Assembly: GCA_026985035.1 (NCBI GenBank)
Contig: JALSQY010000163.1
Span: 1-62,907, forward strand
Length of the DNA: 62,907 nucleotides
Direction: 5' to 3'
Source: Methylothermaceae bacterium
GTDB lineage: Bacteria; Pseudomonadota; Gammaproteobacteria; Methylococcales; Methylothermaceae
Position numbers and translations under genes: made by a program. Below the pieces are notes generated by a model. The model did no database searches, was not told where the DNA came from, and worked only from the letters and a program-made list of their open reading frames with translations. Position 1 is the stretch's first letter; each line of letters opens with the position of its first letter. This document shows, piece after piece, positions 52,737 to 62,907 of the stretch.

Positions 52737-55274
52737 TTAATCCTCTTCAGGCAAACTCTCAATCCGGTCAACCCCCACCAACTTTTCGCCACTGCTGAGA
52801 CGTATAATCCGCACGCCTTGGGTATTTCTGCCCAATACCGGAATCTCGCTGACCCGGGTACGGACCAACGTGCCGCCAGTGGTGATCAGCATGATCTCAT
52901 CGTCATCCTGCACCAATACAGCTGCCACCAAGGCACCATTACGGTCGGAAGTCTGAATGGCGATGACGCCTTGTCCACCGCGCCGGTGACGGGGAAATTC
53001 ATCCAATTGAGTACGCTTGCCGTAACCATTTTCGGTCACCGTCAATACCGTCCCTTCGGTGCCGATAATCAGGGCAATCACTTTGTCGCCTTCAGGCAGC
53101 TTCATGCCCCGGACACCACCCGCGGTCCGGCCCATGGAGCGGACTTCCGATTCGTTGAAGCAAATTGCCTTGCCGCCGCTGGAGAAAAGCATCACATTTT
53201 GCTGGCCATCGGTTAAGGTGGCTTTCACCAAAATGTCTTTGGGCTTCAAATCGATGGCGATCTTGCCGTTGCTGCGCAGATTTTCGAATTCCTTGAGCGG
53301 GCTTTTCTTGACCACACCGGCAGCGGTCGCCATGAAAATGAAGCCGCCGGCGCTGAAATTCTTGACCGGCAGCACTGCATTGATTCTTTCGTTTGCCTCC
53401 AGCGGCAACAAATTGACAATCGGCTTGCCCCTGGAGGTGCGGCTGGCCATGGGTAGTTCGTAAACCTTTAGCCCGTAAACCTTGCCCAGGCTGGAGAAAC
53501 ACAGCAAAGTATCATGGGTATTGGCAATCAAAAGTTTTTCGACAAAATCCTCTTCCTTGGTGGCGGCCGCCGCTTTACCGCGGCCGCCTCGGCGTTGGGC
53601 CTGATAGACCGACAACGGTTGGGCCTTGGCATAGCCAGCATGGGTCAAAGTCACCACCACGTCTTCCTCGGTGATTAGATCCTCTACCGACAAGCTCAAT
53701 TGATCTTCGAGAATCTCCGTGCGGCGCTCATCGCCGAATTGATCCCGAATGGCAATCAGTTCATCGCGGATCACTTCCAACAACCGCACATCGCTGCCCA
53801 GAATGGCCAGCAATTCATCGATTTTATCCAGCAGATTCTGGTATTCCTCGATGATCTTATCTTGTTCCAAGCCGGTGAGGCGGTGCAGGCGCAGATCCAA
53901 AATCGCTTGTGCTTGTACCGGCGACAGGCGGTAGCCATCGGAACCCAGGCCGTATCCTTCTTCCAGATCTTCCGGCCGGGTCCGGGCGGCATCGGCCCGC
54001 TGGAGGTAGGATTCCACTATCCCGGGCCGCCACACCCGGGCCAACAATCCTTCTTTCGCTTCCTTGGGACTGGGAGACGATTTGATCAATTCGATAATTT
54101 CGTCAATATTGGCCAGCGCCACGGCCAAGCCTTCCAATACGTGGACCCGCTCGCGAGCCTTGCGTAATTCATACAAGGTGCGGCGGGTCACTACTTCCCG
54201 CCGGTGATCGACGAAGGCTTCCAGAACTTCCTTGAGATTCAGGCATCCGGGCCGCCCATCCACCAACGCCACCATGTTGATGCCGAACACATTCTGAAGC
54301 TGGGTATGCTGATAGAGATTGTTCAGTACCACATCGGGCTGTTCCCCGCGGCGCAGCTCAATTACCATGCGCATGCCATCCTTGTCGGACTCGTCGCGCA
54401 GAGCGGAGATGCCTTCGAGCTTGCCATCCTTGACCAGAGCGGCGATCTTCTCGATCAGGCGGGCTTTGTTGACCTGATAGGGAAGCTCGGTCACGACAAT
54501 GTTTTGGCGCCCGCTGTCTTTGCTCGTCTCCACATGAGAACAGGCGCGCAGATAGATCCGCCCCCGCCCTGTTTCATAGGCTTGGCGAATCCCCTTGGCG
54601 CCATTGATAATCGCGCCGGTGGGAAAATCGGGGCCAGGGATATGCTGCATCAAGCCATCGATGGTGATGGCCGGATCGTCAATCAAAGCGAGTACGCCGT
54701 TAATGACTTCGGTCAGATTATGGGGTGGAACATTGGTCGCCATCCCCACGGCAATGCCGGCAGAACCGTTGATCAAGAGATTCGGGACCTTGGCCGGCAG
54801 GACCACGGGCTCTTGTTCATTGCCGTCATAATTGGGCACAAAATCCACGGTTTCCTTGTCCAGGTCGGCCAATAATTCGTGGGCAATCCGGGACATGCGG
54901 ATTTCGGTATAACGCATGGCCGCCGGTGGATCGCCATCCACGGAACCAAAGTTGCCCTGCCCGTCAATCAGCACATAACGCATGGAAAAGGGCTGGGCCA
55001 TGCGGACAATGGTGTCATAGATCGCCGTATCTCCATGGGGGTGATATTTACCCATGACATCCCCCACCACCCGGGCCGATTTCTTGTAAGGCCGGTTCCA
55101 GTCGTTCCCCAGCTCGTGCATGGTATAGAGCACCCGCCGGTGCACAGGCTTCAGACCATCGCGCACATCGGGTAACGCCCTGCCCACAATCACGCTCATG
55201 GCGTAATCGAGGTAAGACTGCTTCATCTCGTCTTCGAGATTGACGGGAATAATTTCTTTGGCGAATTCAGACAT
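52737..55274 (-). CDS. gyrA: DNA gyrase subunit A
   Basis: [22 protein letters not shown], GyrA box QRRGGRG. Confidence 0.98.
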   Translation of the reverse strand: MSEFAKEIIPVNLEDEMKQSYLDYAMSVIVGRALPDVRDGLKPVHRRVLYTMHELGNDWNRPYKKSARVVGDVMGKYHPHGDTAIYDTIVRMAQPFSMRYVLIDGQGNFGSVDGDPPAAMRYTEIRMSRIAHELLADLDKETVDFVPNYDGNEQEPVVLPAKVPNLLINGSAGIAVGMATNVPPHNLTEVINGVLALIDDPAITIDGLMQHIPGPDFPTGAIINGAKGIRQAYETGRGRIYLRACSHVETSKDSGRQNIVVTELPYQVNKARLIEKIAALVKDGKLEGISALRDESDKDGMRMVIELRRGEQPDVVLNNLYQHTQLQNVFGINMVALVDGRPGCLNLKEVLEAFVDHRREVVTRRTLYELRKARERVHVLEGLAVALANIDEIIELIKSSPSPKEAKEGLLARVWRPGIVESYLQRADAARTRPEDLEEGYGLGSDGYRLSPVQAQAILDLRLHRLTGLEQDKIIEEYQNLLDKIDELLAILGSDVRLLEVIRDELIAIRDQFGDERRTEILEDQLSLSVEDLITEEDVVVTLTHAGYAKAQPLSVYQAQRRGGRGKAAAATKEEDFVEKLLIANTHDTLLCFSSLGKVYGLKVYELPMASRTSRGKPIVNLLPLEANERINAVLPVKNFSAGGFIFMATAAGVVKKSPLKEFENLRSNGKIAIDLKPKDILVKATLTDGQQNVMLFSSGGKAICFNESEVRSMGRTAGGVRGMKLPEGDKVIALIIGTEGTVLTVTENGYGKRTQLDEFPRHRRGGQGVIAIQTSDRNGALVAAVLVQDDDEIMLITTGGTLVRTRVSEIPVLGRNTQGVRIIRLSSGEKLVGVDRIESLPEED

Positions 55275-55401
55275 AAGGACTCAAGTTCCACCCAGGAATC
55301 AATACAAACGGCAGCAACCCACCGGCAAATTTCTGGAATTATACCACTTTGGCAAAGGCAGGTCTTTATTCAGACGATGGGGTAAACGGTTCAAGCTGGG
55401 G

Positions 55402-55947
55402 TCAATAACGGATAAAGTGCTCGCGATAGTATTTCAACTCCTCGATGGACTCCAAAATATCCGCCAAAGCCTCGTGGGCGTTTTTCTTTTTAAATCCTTC
55501 CTTTAGCTGCGGCGCCCAACGGTCCACCAATTCTTTGAGCGTGGAAACGTCCAGATTGCGGTAATGAAAATAAGCTTCCAGCTCCGGCATGCTACGGTAA
55601 AGAAAGCGCCGGTCCTGGCAAATGCTGTTGCCACACATGGGGGACTCCCCGGCTGGCACCCAAGCTTGCAGAAAGGCCAGGGTCCGCTGTTGAGCTTCTT
55701 TGATATCGACTCCGCTTTTGCGGATACGGTCAATCAAGCCGGATTCCCTGTGGTGCTTCCGGTTCCAGTCATCCATGGCGGCCAGTGCCTCTTCGGACTG
55801 GCGAACCGCCAATACCGGTCCGGTGGCCAGTACATTCAGGTCTTTGTCCGTCACTACTGTTGCTATTTCTATAATCCGGTCGCGGTCTGGATCCAATCCG
55901 GTCATCTCCAGATCAATCCAGATCAAGTTGTCTTTGTTTTGGGCCAT
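55402..55947 (-). CDS. orn: Oligoribonuclease
   Basis: [28 protein letters not shown]. Confidence 0.96.
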   Translation of the reverse strand: MAQNKDNLIWIDLEMTGLDPDRDRIIEIATVVTDKDLNVLATGPVLAVRQSEEALAAMDDWNRKHHRESGLIDRIRKSGVDIKEAQQRTLAFLQAWVPAGESPMCGNSICQDRRFLYRSMPELEAYFHYRNLDVSTLKELVDRWAPQLKEGFKKKNAHEALADILESIEELKYYREHFIRY

Positions 55948-55984
55948 CGTTCTTCCTTTGATACATGGATTTACAATTACTTAC

Positions 55985-56145
55985 GCCTCAGGGCCCTGTG
56001 ATTTAATCACAGGGCCCTGAGGCAATGGATGTGCCGCCAAAGTCCCTCACTTACAGTGACTGACTTTGTGCGAAAAACAAAAATCGCAATTTTTGTTTTT
56101 CTCTCTCTGAACAAGCCAAGGATGACTTGTTCAGAGATTCCCTAA
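55985..56145 (-). repeat. Family-A MITE in reverse orientation
   Basis: Same three hairpins as 59153-59302; terminus TTAGGGAATCTCTGAACAAGTC. Confidence 0.85.
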
Positions 56146-56238
56146 CCGAAAACTCGGCCGGCATTTTTTACCCCTCTTGTCAGGCATTCTAGCAAAGGCT
56201 AAGCTGTACCAATTGTTTACCATGGTGCAACGTAGATA

Positions 56239-57489
56239 ATGAATATCTTTACCTTCTTTTTTTTACTGGCTTTAGCAGCTTCCTTTGGCATTGAGTTCTG
56301 GCTGGCGCGCCGCCACCGGGATCATGTGCTTGCCCACCGCAATCAAGTACCCGAACCATTTCAAGACACTATCAGCCTGGAAGCCCACCAGAAAGCGGCG
56401 GATTACACCTTGGCCAAACTAAAAATCATAGACTTCAATCGAATTCTCGGCACTATCCTGTTGCTTTTCTTCACTTTGGGTGGTGGCATCGATGCGGTAG
56501 ACCGCTTCTGGTCTCGTTTCGACTTAGGCCCGATTACCCATGGTGTCGCCTTGATTCTTTCCGTTTTTTTTCTTATGGCACTGTTTGAACTGCCTTTACA
56601 AATCTATCAGACGTTTGTCGTCGAAGAACGTTTCGGATTCAATCGCACCACACCTTTGCAATTTATCAAAGACCTGGCCCTGCAAACCGTTCTCAGCCTA
56701 GCCATCGGCGCCCCATTGCTGGCCTTGGTGCTGTGGGTGATGGACAGCGCCGGAGACCTTTGGTGGCTCCTGGCCTGGGCGATATTGATGGCATTTTCCT
56801 TGTTGATGAGCTGGGCCTATCCTACCTTGATTGCGCCGCTGTTCAATAAATTCGACCCCCTCGATGACCAAACTCTGAAGGAGCGTATTCAGCGGCTTTT
56901 GCAGCGCTGCGGTTTTCACAGCAAGGGAATTTTCGTCATGGACGGTTCCCGCCGCTCCGGACACGGCAATGCCTATTTCACCGGATTGGGCAACAACAAG
57001 CGTATCGTTTTTTTTGACACGTTGGTAGAGGCGCTGGAACCCGAGGAACTGGAAGCTGTCCTTGCCCATGAATTGGGCCACTACAAACGCAAGCATGTCA
57101 TCAAAATGTTGATTACCAGCGCAGTGCTCAGCCTGATCGGTTTCGCCCTCCTCGGTTGGCTGACCCAACAGCCGTGGTTCTATGAAGGGCTTGGCGTATC
57201 CCGCCCTTCCAACGCCACCGCCCTGCTCTTGTTTATGCTTGCCATGCCGGTTTTCAGCACTTTTCTGCAACCCATCATGGCGGCCATTCAACGGAAATAT
57301 GAATTCGAGGCTGATGAATTCGCCGCCTCCATGTGCGACGCCAACGCTTTGACCCGGGCTCTGGTCAAGCTCTACCGGGACAATGCCGCCACCCTGACGC
57401 CCGACCCGCTTTATTCCGCCTTCCACTACAGCCACCCCCCAGCGGCCATTCGGATTGAACATCTAAAGCAGGCCCGGCAAACGGCCTGA
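56239..57489 (+). CDS. M48 (Ste24-like) membrane metallopeptidase
   Basis: NAYFTG, HELGH, EFEADEFA, YSHP. Confidence 0.93.
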   Translation: MNIFTFFFLLALAASFGIEFWLARRHRDHVLAHRNQVPEPFQDTISLEAHQKAADYTLAKLKIIDFNRILGTILLLFFTLGGGIDAVDRFWSRFDLGPITHGVALILSVFFLMALFELPLQIYQTFVVEERFGFNRTTPLQFIKDLALQTVLSLAIGAPLLALVLWVMDSAGDLWWLLAWAILMAFSLLMSWAYPTLIAPLFNKFDPLDDQTLKERIQRLLQRCGFHSKGIFVMDGSRRSGHGNAYFTGLGNNKRIVFFDTLVEALEPEELEAVLAHELGHYKRKHVIKMLITSAVLSLIGFALLGWLTQQPWFYEGLGVSRPSNATALLLFMLAMPVFSTFLQPIMAAIQRKYEFEADEFAASMCDANALTRALVKLYRDNAATLTPDPLYSAFHYSHPPAAIRIEHLKQARQTA

Positions 57490-57559
57490 TGCCTTTCCCG
57501 GCCATCCAGCTGGATTCGCGGCGGCAACCTCACTTTTTCCCGCCGTGGTCCAAAGGCTG

Positions 57560-58447
57560 ATGGGCAAGGTTCACTCAGGCAGGGTCATAGCCCATTTTGG
57601 CAAAAGCTGGGCGGTCGAAGATGAAACCGGGCGAATCTGCCTGTGTCATGCCTTGCGGCGGCTGGATCAACCGTGCGTTGGAGATCGGGTACATTGGGAA
57701 CAAACCGATGGCGAACACGGCCGCATCGTGCAGGTCCTGCCTCGCAAAACCCTCTTGGTCCGCCCTGCCCGGGGCGGCAAACTCCGACCCACCGCAGCCA
57801 ATGTCGAGCAAGTCTTCATCGTTATCGCGCCGCAGCCCCAATATGACCTGTTGTTGGTCGATCAATATCTGGTGGTTTGTGAAAATCGTGGCATCGCACC
57901 TGTCATTCTTTTCAATAAAATTGATTTGATCGACAACCGCAAAGTCATGGAAATAGAACTCAAGCCTTATCTTGAGCTGTACCCTTTCCATTATCTGAGC
58001 GCTAAAACCGGCGAGGGCATGAAAACCCTCAAATCCTTGATGCGCGGCAAAACCTCCATGCTCGCAGGGCAATCCGGCGTCGGTAAATCATCCCTTTTGC
58101 ACTGGCTGGTTCCCGACAAGGATATCCGGGTGGGAGAGCTGTCCAGGGGAACCCAGCGGGGCCGTCACACGACAACCACAGCCATGTTGTTCCATCTGCC
58201 CGAAGGCGGCGATTTAATCGATACCCCAGGGGTGGCCGTGTTTGGCTTGGCGGATATTGATGAAAGGCGGCTGGCATGGGGCTACAAGGAATTCCGACCG
58301 CACATCCCCCGCTGCCGCTTCAATGACTGCCGGCATGTCAACGACCAAGGCTGTGCCGTTCGTGAAGCTGTGCAACAAGGAAAAATAGACAAGGGCAGGT
58401 ATCTGCGCTATTTGAAGCTCAGAGAAAAGCTACCGAAGATTTCATAG
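57560..58447 (+). CDS. rsgA: Small-subunit-dependent GTPase RsgA
   Basis: NKID, GQSGVGKSS, RHTTT, DTPG, CRFNDCRH...C. Confidence 0.95.
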   Translation: MGKVHSGRVIAHFGKSWAVEDETGRICLCHALRRLDQPCVGDRVHWEQTDGEHGRIVQVLPRKTLLVRPARGGKLRPTAANVEQVFIVIAPQPQYDLLLVDQYLVVCENRGIAPVILFNKIDLIDNRKVMEIELKPYLELYPFHYLSAKTGEGMKTLKSLMRGKTSMLAGQSGVGKSSLLHWLVPDKDIRVGELSRGTQRGRHTTTTAMLFHLPEGGDLIDTPGVAVFGLADIDERRLAWGYKEFRPHIPRCRFNDCRHVNDQGCAVREAVQQGKIDKGRYLRYLKLREKLPKIS

Positions 58448-58534
58448 ACGCCATGCCATGCAGGCTGGCAATGGAAGAAAATCCAACCCGGAATATTTAA
58501 CCCGCCAATATTTATTACCGGCTTCAATAGTAGT

Positions 58535-59113
58535 TCAGCACCACAAGTCGCCGAGCGGAAGGGGGACGGCATCAAAAGGCGCCACAGTAACACCGGCATT
58601 GCCCTCGAACCGGCCTAACAACCGCCACCTTTGCCGATCCAGCGCAAAGGCTTCCAGAGTGTGGGCTTCGGGGTCGATCAGCCAGAAAAAGGGAACGCCA
58701 TAGCGGGCATAACAAGGCATCTTGATTTCTCGGTCGAAGCTGCGGGTAGCAGGTGACAGTATCTCGCACAACCAGTCCGGTCTTACCTCGAACCGGTGAT
58801 CCTGTGGCAGCTGTGGCATGCTTTGCCGGCGCCAGCCTGCCAGGTCAGGCACCACTACCTCGGTGTCGCGGACGAAATGGACCTCCGGCTCTACCAGAAT
58901 CCACCAACCACCTGGACCACCATCACCGTCATCATAATGCCGTCCAAGCCGGCGGTCGAGTACAGCCTCCGCACGAATATGTGCCCCCTTGGGGCGCGGC
59001 TGGGTGTGAAGGGTACCACCAATAATTTCCCCGGTCAGACCCGGCGGCAATTCGCACAACCGTTGGTACAGGGTTTTGTGAATCGAGAGAATTTCAGCAG
59101 TATTACCGGACAT
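58535..59113 (-). CDS. Uma2-family (DUF820) endonuclease-like protein
   Basis: EIIGG, VPDLAGW, PDWLCEILSP, DREIK..YA..GV..WLIDP. Confidence 0.92.
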   Translation of the reverse strand: MSGNTAEILSIHKTLYQRLCELPPGLTGEIIGGTLHTQPRPKGAHIRAEAVLDRRLGRHYDDGDGGPGGWWILVEPEVHFVRDTEVVVPDLAGWRRQSMPQLPQDHRFEVRPDWLCEILSPATRSFDREIKMPCYARYGVPFFWLIDPEAHTLEAFALDRQRWRLLGRFEGNAGVTVAPFDAVPLPLGDLWC

Positions 59114-59152
59114 GATGATACGCTTGGTTGCTTGTCATGGTTTTAACGAACT

Positions 59153-59302
59153 TCTGAACAAGTCATCCTTGGCTTGTTCAGAGAGCGAAAAACAAAAATT
59201 GCGATTTTTGTTTTCCACACAAAGTCAATCACTGTCAGTGACTGACTTTGGCGGCACATCCATGTACCGCAAGAGCCTCTGACTTAATCAGAGGCTCCTT
59301 AG
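59153..59302 (+). repeat. Family-A MITE, near-complete
   Basis: Four consecutive hairpins ending GACTTAATCAGAGGCTCCTTAG. Confidence 0.85.
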
Positions 59303-59358
59303 TGTAACGCAGCCTTGAAGTCGCGGAACTGGAGATTGCGCAATTAATCCCCGGGGGC

Positions 59359-59961
59359 CTATACCGCCCGGCGCCCATTGAAAGCATGGGCTAGGGTATT
59401 GGCATCCAAATATTCCAATTCACCGCCAACGGGCACGCCGTGGGCGATGCGGCTGACTGAAACGCCGCCATTGCGGGCCAGCTCGGAGATATAGTGGGCC
59501 GTGGCTTCCCCCTCCATCGTGGGGTTGGTGGCGAGAATGAGCTCCTTTATCTCTCCTTTTTCGAGACGCCGGGCCAATTTGTCCAACCCCAGTTCTTCAG
59601 GGCCGACCCCATCCAGGGGGGAAAGATGACCGTGAAGCACAAAGAAAACGCCATTGAAGACGGTCGCCTGATCAATGGCCAACACATCAGCCGGGGTTTC
59701 CACCACGCATAATTGCCGGTGGTCGCGAGCCGGATTATCACAAATGGCGCAGACCTCCCGCTCGGTCAACGTTCTACACAAGTTGCAGCGGCGGATATTT
59801 TCCAGCGCATCCGCCAGGGAGTCGACCAGAAATTTGGCGCCTTGCCGGTCGTGCTGGAGCAAGTGAAACGCCATGCGCTGGGCCGTTTTTGGGCCCACAC
59901 CAGGCAAGTAGCGCAGCGCCTCCATCAGGCGCTGAAGACAATCTCCCCGTTCCACAGCCAA
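59359..59961 (-). CDS. recR: Recombination mediator RecR
   Basis: [12 protein letters not shown]4 zinc finger, [15 protein letters not shown]. Confidence 0.96.
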   Translation of the reverse strand: MAVERGDCLQRLMEALRYLPGVGPKTAQRMAFHLLQHDRQGAKFLVDSLADALENIRRCNLCRTLTEREVCAICDNPARDHRQLCVVETPADVLAIDQATVFNGVFFVLHGHLSPLDGVGPEELGLDKLARRLEKGEIKELILATNPTMEGEATAHYISELARNGGVSVSRIAHGVPVGGELEYLDANTLAHAFNGRRAV

Positions 59962-59962
59962 A

Positions 59963-60292
59963 TTAGAACGGCAGATTCATCCCACCGGGCAGTTGGATGC
60001 CCCCGGTCAATTCTGACATTTTTTCCTGCTTGAGTTGCGCAACTTTGTGCACCGCGTCATTGACCGCCGCGGCTACCAGATCTTCCAGAATTTCCTTGTC
60101 ATCTTCTTTGAACAGGCTGTCATCAATGGACAAGCGCAGCACTTCCCGCTTGCCATTCATGACCACTTTCACCAGTCCGCCACCCGCTTCGCCCTGGACT
60201 TCCGCCCGGGCGAGCTCTTCCTGAGCCTTCTGGAATTTTTCCTGCATTTCTTGAGCCTGTTGCATCAAGGCTCCCAGTGGGTTTTTCATCAT
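59963..60292 (-). CDS. ybaB: YbaB/EbfC nucleoid-associated protein
   Basis: [20 protein letters not shown]. Confidence 0.95.
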   Translation of the reverse strand: MMKNPLGALMQQAQEMQEKFQKAQEELARAEVQGEAGGGLVKVVMNGKREVLRLSIDDSLFKEDDKEILEDLVAAAVNDAVHKVAQLKQEKMSELTGGIQLPGGMNLPF

Positions 60293-60323
60293 ACTTTCCT
60301 CGGCAATCCAATTTCCATTGATG

Positions 60324-61889
60324 CTATTCTACCGGTTTCGTGGAACCTGGGACGATTTTGGCGTCGAAAGTTTCCATCAAGGCCTGGACTGTTTCATCCT
60401 CGGCAATCGCCTGCTCTGCGGCTTTGATTTTTGCTTGCCGCCTGCGATCGCGCAAGACCGCCGGTGTTTCTTGCTGGCTTTCCGCCACCTTGATTACCAG
60501 CGCCACCGGCTTGTCCAACTTGGCCTGCAATGCTTTTTCCAATCCTGACTGGCGCCGCTGAGTCAACAGATGATCGTGCTGGGGATTCAGTAACAGCACC
60601 CAGCGTTCTTCGGTTTGCGTTTCAAGAGTACAGTAGTGCGCCAGCTCCTTGGCGCCTGGCGGCAATGACAGCTGATTGACCAGTTGCGGCCAATCCGTTT
60701 CGGTCGTCGTTAAACTTGCATCCCTGGGCGTTTGTGCCCCGGCATCAGGCACCGGCGCAGCTGGAACTCGTTGTGGCGATTCCGGCTGAGAGGTATTTTT
60801 TTCCGGCGTCAGCGGACGAAACGCCAGCATTCTGAGCAAGACCATCTCCAGCCCCACTCTGGAATCCGGCGCCCAGGGCAAGTCCTTTTGCCCCATCAAT
60901 CCAATCTGGTAAAAAAGCTGAACATCCTCGGGAGACAAGGTTTGCGCTTGCGCCAAAAGCCAGTCGCTGTCTTCATCCTGACGGGCGGTTTCCGGTAATT
61001 GTTGCGCCACCGCGACGCGGTAAAAAAGGCCCAGCAACTCTTTGAGGACTTCGGCAAAATCCGGCGCATTGGCAGACAGGCGCTCGACTTCGTCCATGAC
61101 TTTTTGCGCATCCCCCGCCGCCAACGACTCCACCAACCCTTTGAGGGAAGCGCGCGCCACCCCGCCCAACATGGCTTCCACATCCGCCGACTTGACCTGC
61201 CCGCCGCCAAAAACAATGGCCTGGTCCAACAAGCTCAAGGCATCGCGAAGACTGCCATCGGCGGCCCGGGACAACTGGCGTAATCCGCCGGTTTCAAATG
61301 GAATGTTCTCTTCCTTCAAAATATGGGCCAAGCGGGCTTCGATCTGGCCGGGCAGCAGTTTCTTCAGATTAAATTGCAAACAGCGGGACAGCACCGTCAC
61401 TGGAATTTTTTGCGGATCGGTGGTGGCGAGCAAAAATTTGACGTGGGGCGGCGGTTCTTCCAGGGTCTTGAGCAGGGCGTTGAAGCTATGGCCGGAAAGC
61501 ATGTGGACTTCGTCAATCAAGTAGATTTTATACCGCCCCAGGCCGGGGGCGTATTGGGCGTTTTCCAGCAACTCGCGGGTATCTTCCACCTTGGTGCGGG
61601 AAGCGGCGTCCACCTCGATCAAATCGACGAACTGGCCGGCATCCACTGCCTGGCAAATCTGGCATTGGCAACAGGGCTCCGCACCGTTTAAATCCTCGCA
61701 GTTGAGCGCTTTGGCGAGAATCCGGGCCACTGTCGTCTTCCCCACCCCCCGGGTACCGGTAAACAAATAGGCATGATGCATGCGCTCGAAAGTGAGTGCA
61801 TTGGTCAATGCCCGCACCACGTGAGATTGTCCGGTGATTTCAGAGAATCTGCGTGGCCGCCATTTGCGGGCCAAGGCTTGGTAGCTCAT
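60324..61889 (-). CDS. dnaX: DNA polymerase III subunit gamma/tau
   Basis: [28 protein letters not shown]; true start at 61889 because the longer ORF runs into ffs. Confidence 0.97.
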   Translation of the reverse strand: MSYQALARKWRPRRFSEITGQSHVVRALTNALTFERMHHAYLFTGTRGVGKTTVARILAKALNCEDLNGAEPCCQCQICQAVDAGQFVDLIEVDAASRTKVEDTRELLENAQYAPGLGRYKIYLIDEVHMLSGHSFNALLKTLEEPPPHVKFLLATTDPQKIPVTVLSRCLQFNLKKLLPGQIEARLAHILKEENIPFETGGLRQLSRAADGSLRDALSLLDQAIVFGGGQVKSADVEAMLGGVARASLKGLVESLAAGDAQKVMDEVERLSANAPDFAEVLKELLGLFYRVAVAQQLPETARQDEDSDWLLAQAQTLSPEDVQLFYQIGLMGQKDLPWAPDSRVGLEMVLLRMLAFRPLTPEKNTSQPESPQRVPAAPVPDAGAQTPRDASLTTTETDWPQLVNQLSLPPGAKELAHYCTLETQTEERWVLLLNPQHDHLLTQRRQSGLEKALQAKLDKPVALVIKVAESQQETPAVLRDRRRQAKIKAAEQAIAEDETVQALMETFDAKIVPGSTKPVE

Positions 61890-61914
61890 TGAAAGCTCGT
61901 CAAAGATAAAGGGA

Positions 61915-62026
61915 GGTGGAGCGCGCCAGCCGCACCCCGGCACACGAATCAGCTGTTACCGTTGCTCCCTTCCGGGCCTGGCGGGGTTCACAGCCTATCG
62001 TTGCGGGGGGACCGACGCGGCCCACC
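61915..62026 (-). ncRNA. ffs: Signal recognition particle 4.5S RNA
   Basis: Minus strand GGTGGGCCGCG...CAGGCCCGGAAGGGAGCA...GCGCGCTCCACC; paired termini; directly upstream of dnaX. Confidence 0.93.
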
Positions 62027-62103
62027 ATAATTCTTAACAACGGAAAGGTAGGTGTCGCGCTAAAAGGGTAATTATCCCTTGTTCCGAAACCAAACGCAAA
62101 CGC

Positions 62104-62306
62104 CGGGGCAATCGCATGCACCGGCTTGTCTCTCCTCTCCCCAAGTCCCTCACCCCCGACCCCTCTCCCAGAGGGAGAGGGGCTTTATGTAGCGAGTAGG
62201 GGCGGGAAAATGGCGGTCATGCGGCTGCCCTGAACCGTCCCCCAGGGCAATCGCGTGAGCCGGCTTGTCTCCCCTCTCCCTCTGGGAGAGGGGTCGGGGG
62301 TGAGGG
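62104..62306. mobile_element. Two tandem ISAs1-type (family B) MITE copies
   Basis: CGGGGCAATCGCATG at 62104, CATGCGGCTGCCCTG ending 62232, a 10-bp gap, then CAGGGCAATCGCGTGA at 62243; CCCTCTCCC palindromes as at 9580-9768. Confidence 0.7.
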
Positions 62307-62528
62307 AGACCGGGAAACGCAGGAACCATTCGCGTCCGTTCCAGCAATGGATTTGGAGGGAAAGCGGTCTGGATTGCTTCAAATCCAGGTGCCAGTGCCA
62401 GGTATTGGAAGTCTTGTCTCTGCCCCAAGGCGGGCATTGGAATGCCCGAATCCGTACCCGTTATCGCCTAATGATAAGGGGATAAAGGTAAAATCCATGC
62501 ATTTATCGGATTTATGCAACAAAGCCTC

Positions 62529-62693
62529 CCGGTCAATAAATCACCGCTATGTCGGCTTCTGGGAGGCGGTCGAGAAGACCGTGGTTTTAACCCCGTTTCC
62601 ATACCGGTCAATAAATCACCACCAAGATTGAGGGACAGGGAAGTCTCTGTGGATTTGTTTTAACCCCGTTTCTATACCGGTCAATAAATCACC
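62529..62693 (-). CRISPR. CRISPR mini-array: 2 full 37-bp repeats, 1 truncated repeat, 2 spacers
   Basis: GTTTTAACCCCGTTTCYATACCGGTCAATAAATCACC at 62584-62620 and 62657-62693; last 17 bp at 62529-62545; unique spacers of 38 and 36 bp. Confidence 0.85.
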
Positions 62694-62907
62694 TCCCACC
62701 CTGTCAAGCGGCTTACCATGCGGCTCCCAGAGGCCGTTTTCGGCCCGTCCCCGCGGTGCCATGGAGAACCCCTGTCATTTCCGGCCACAAGCGACAATTT
62801 CCCTTTGATTTCAACGTTCTGCCCGAATTTACAGGTTGTGCCCGTAACTTCTTGAAAATCCTGGCAAACGTCGCATCCAGAGGCGGACGCCTTTACCGGG
62901 CAGAAAT
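62694..62907 (-). promoter_or_regulatory. Putative CRISPR leader
   Basis: No ORF in the track; adjoins the intact repeat, opposite the degenerate repeat; orientation fits a repeat ending ...GTTAAAAC. Confidence 0.5.

Noticed and set aside
58535-59113. Uma2 nuclease as the CRISPR effector
   Set aside because: Lies 3.4 kb from the array, separated by core recR-ybaB-dnaX-ffs; Uma2 genes are commonly dispersed
61890-61943. N-terminal extension of DnaX in the ORF track
   Set aside because: Overlaps the SRP RNA; the conserved start is MSYQ at 61889
62150-62485. Several 65-95-aa ORFs (PHPRPLSQRERG, SPLPLGEGSGVRE)
   Set aside because: Repeat-derived translations; no Cas or transposase motifs
62347-62631. 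94-aa ORF with duplicated RSINH
   Set aside because: Reads through the CRISPR repeats; the duplication is the repeat itself

Overview
Mostly core chromosome of a gammaproteobacterial methylotroph or methanotroph. The Methylococcales-like assignment is inferred from the H4MPT-pathway fhcBADC operon in a gammaproteobacterial gene context. In order, the window holds: tandem secreted-protein paralogs, two GT4 glycosyltransferases, fhcBADC, gltX, sulP, a polar-type flagellar/chemotaxis cluster (fliL to cheW), a BarA/GacS-like hybrid kinase, leuCDB-asd-fimV, adk, serS, the gyrA-serC-serA-pheA-hisC-tyrA-aroA-cmk-rpsA-ihfB superoperon, orn/M48/rsgA, Uma2, recR-ybaB-dnaX and the SRP RNA. The non-routine content is intergenic. 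(i) A cas-less CRISPR mini-array at the right edge has a 37-bp repeat, 2 spacers, a truncated trailer repeat and a probable leader toward the window end. (ii) An ISAs1-type MITE family includes one copy with an exact 10-bp target duplication nested inside a second MITE. (iii) A multi-hairpin MITE family with IS5-like ends has 5 copies. (iv) There is a HEARO/omegaRNA-like or IS200/IS605-end fragment. (v) Smaller oddities are a CheB lacking its receiver domain, a sigma54-driven small ORF with a GGA-rich leader, and a possible dnaX -1 frameshift site. All calls come from reading the sequence and ORF track; no searches were run.
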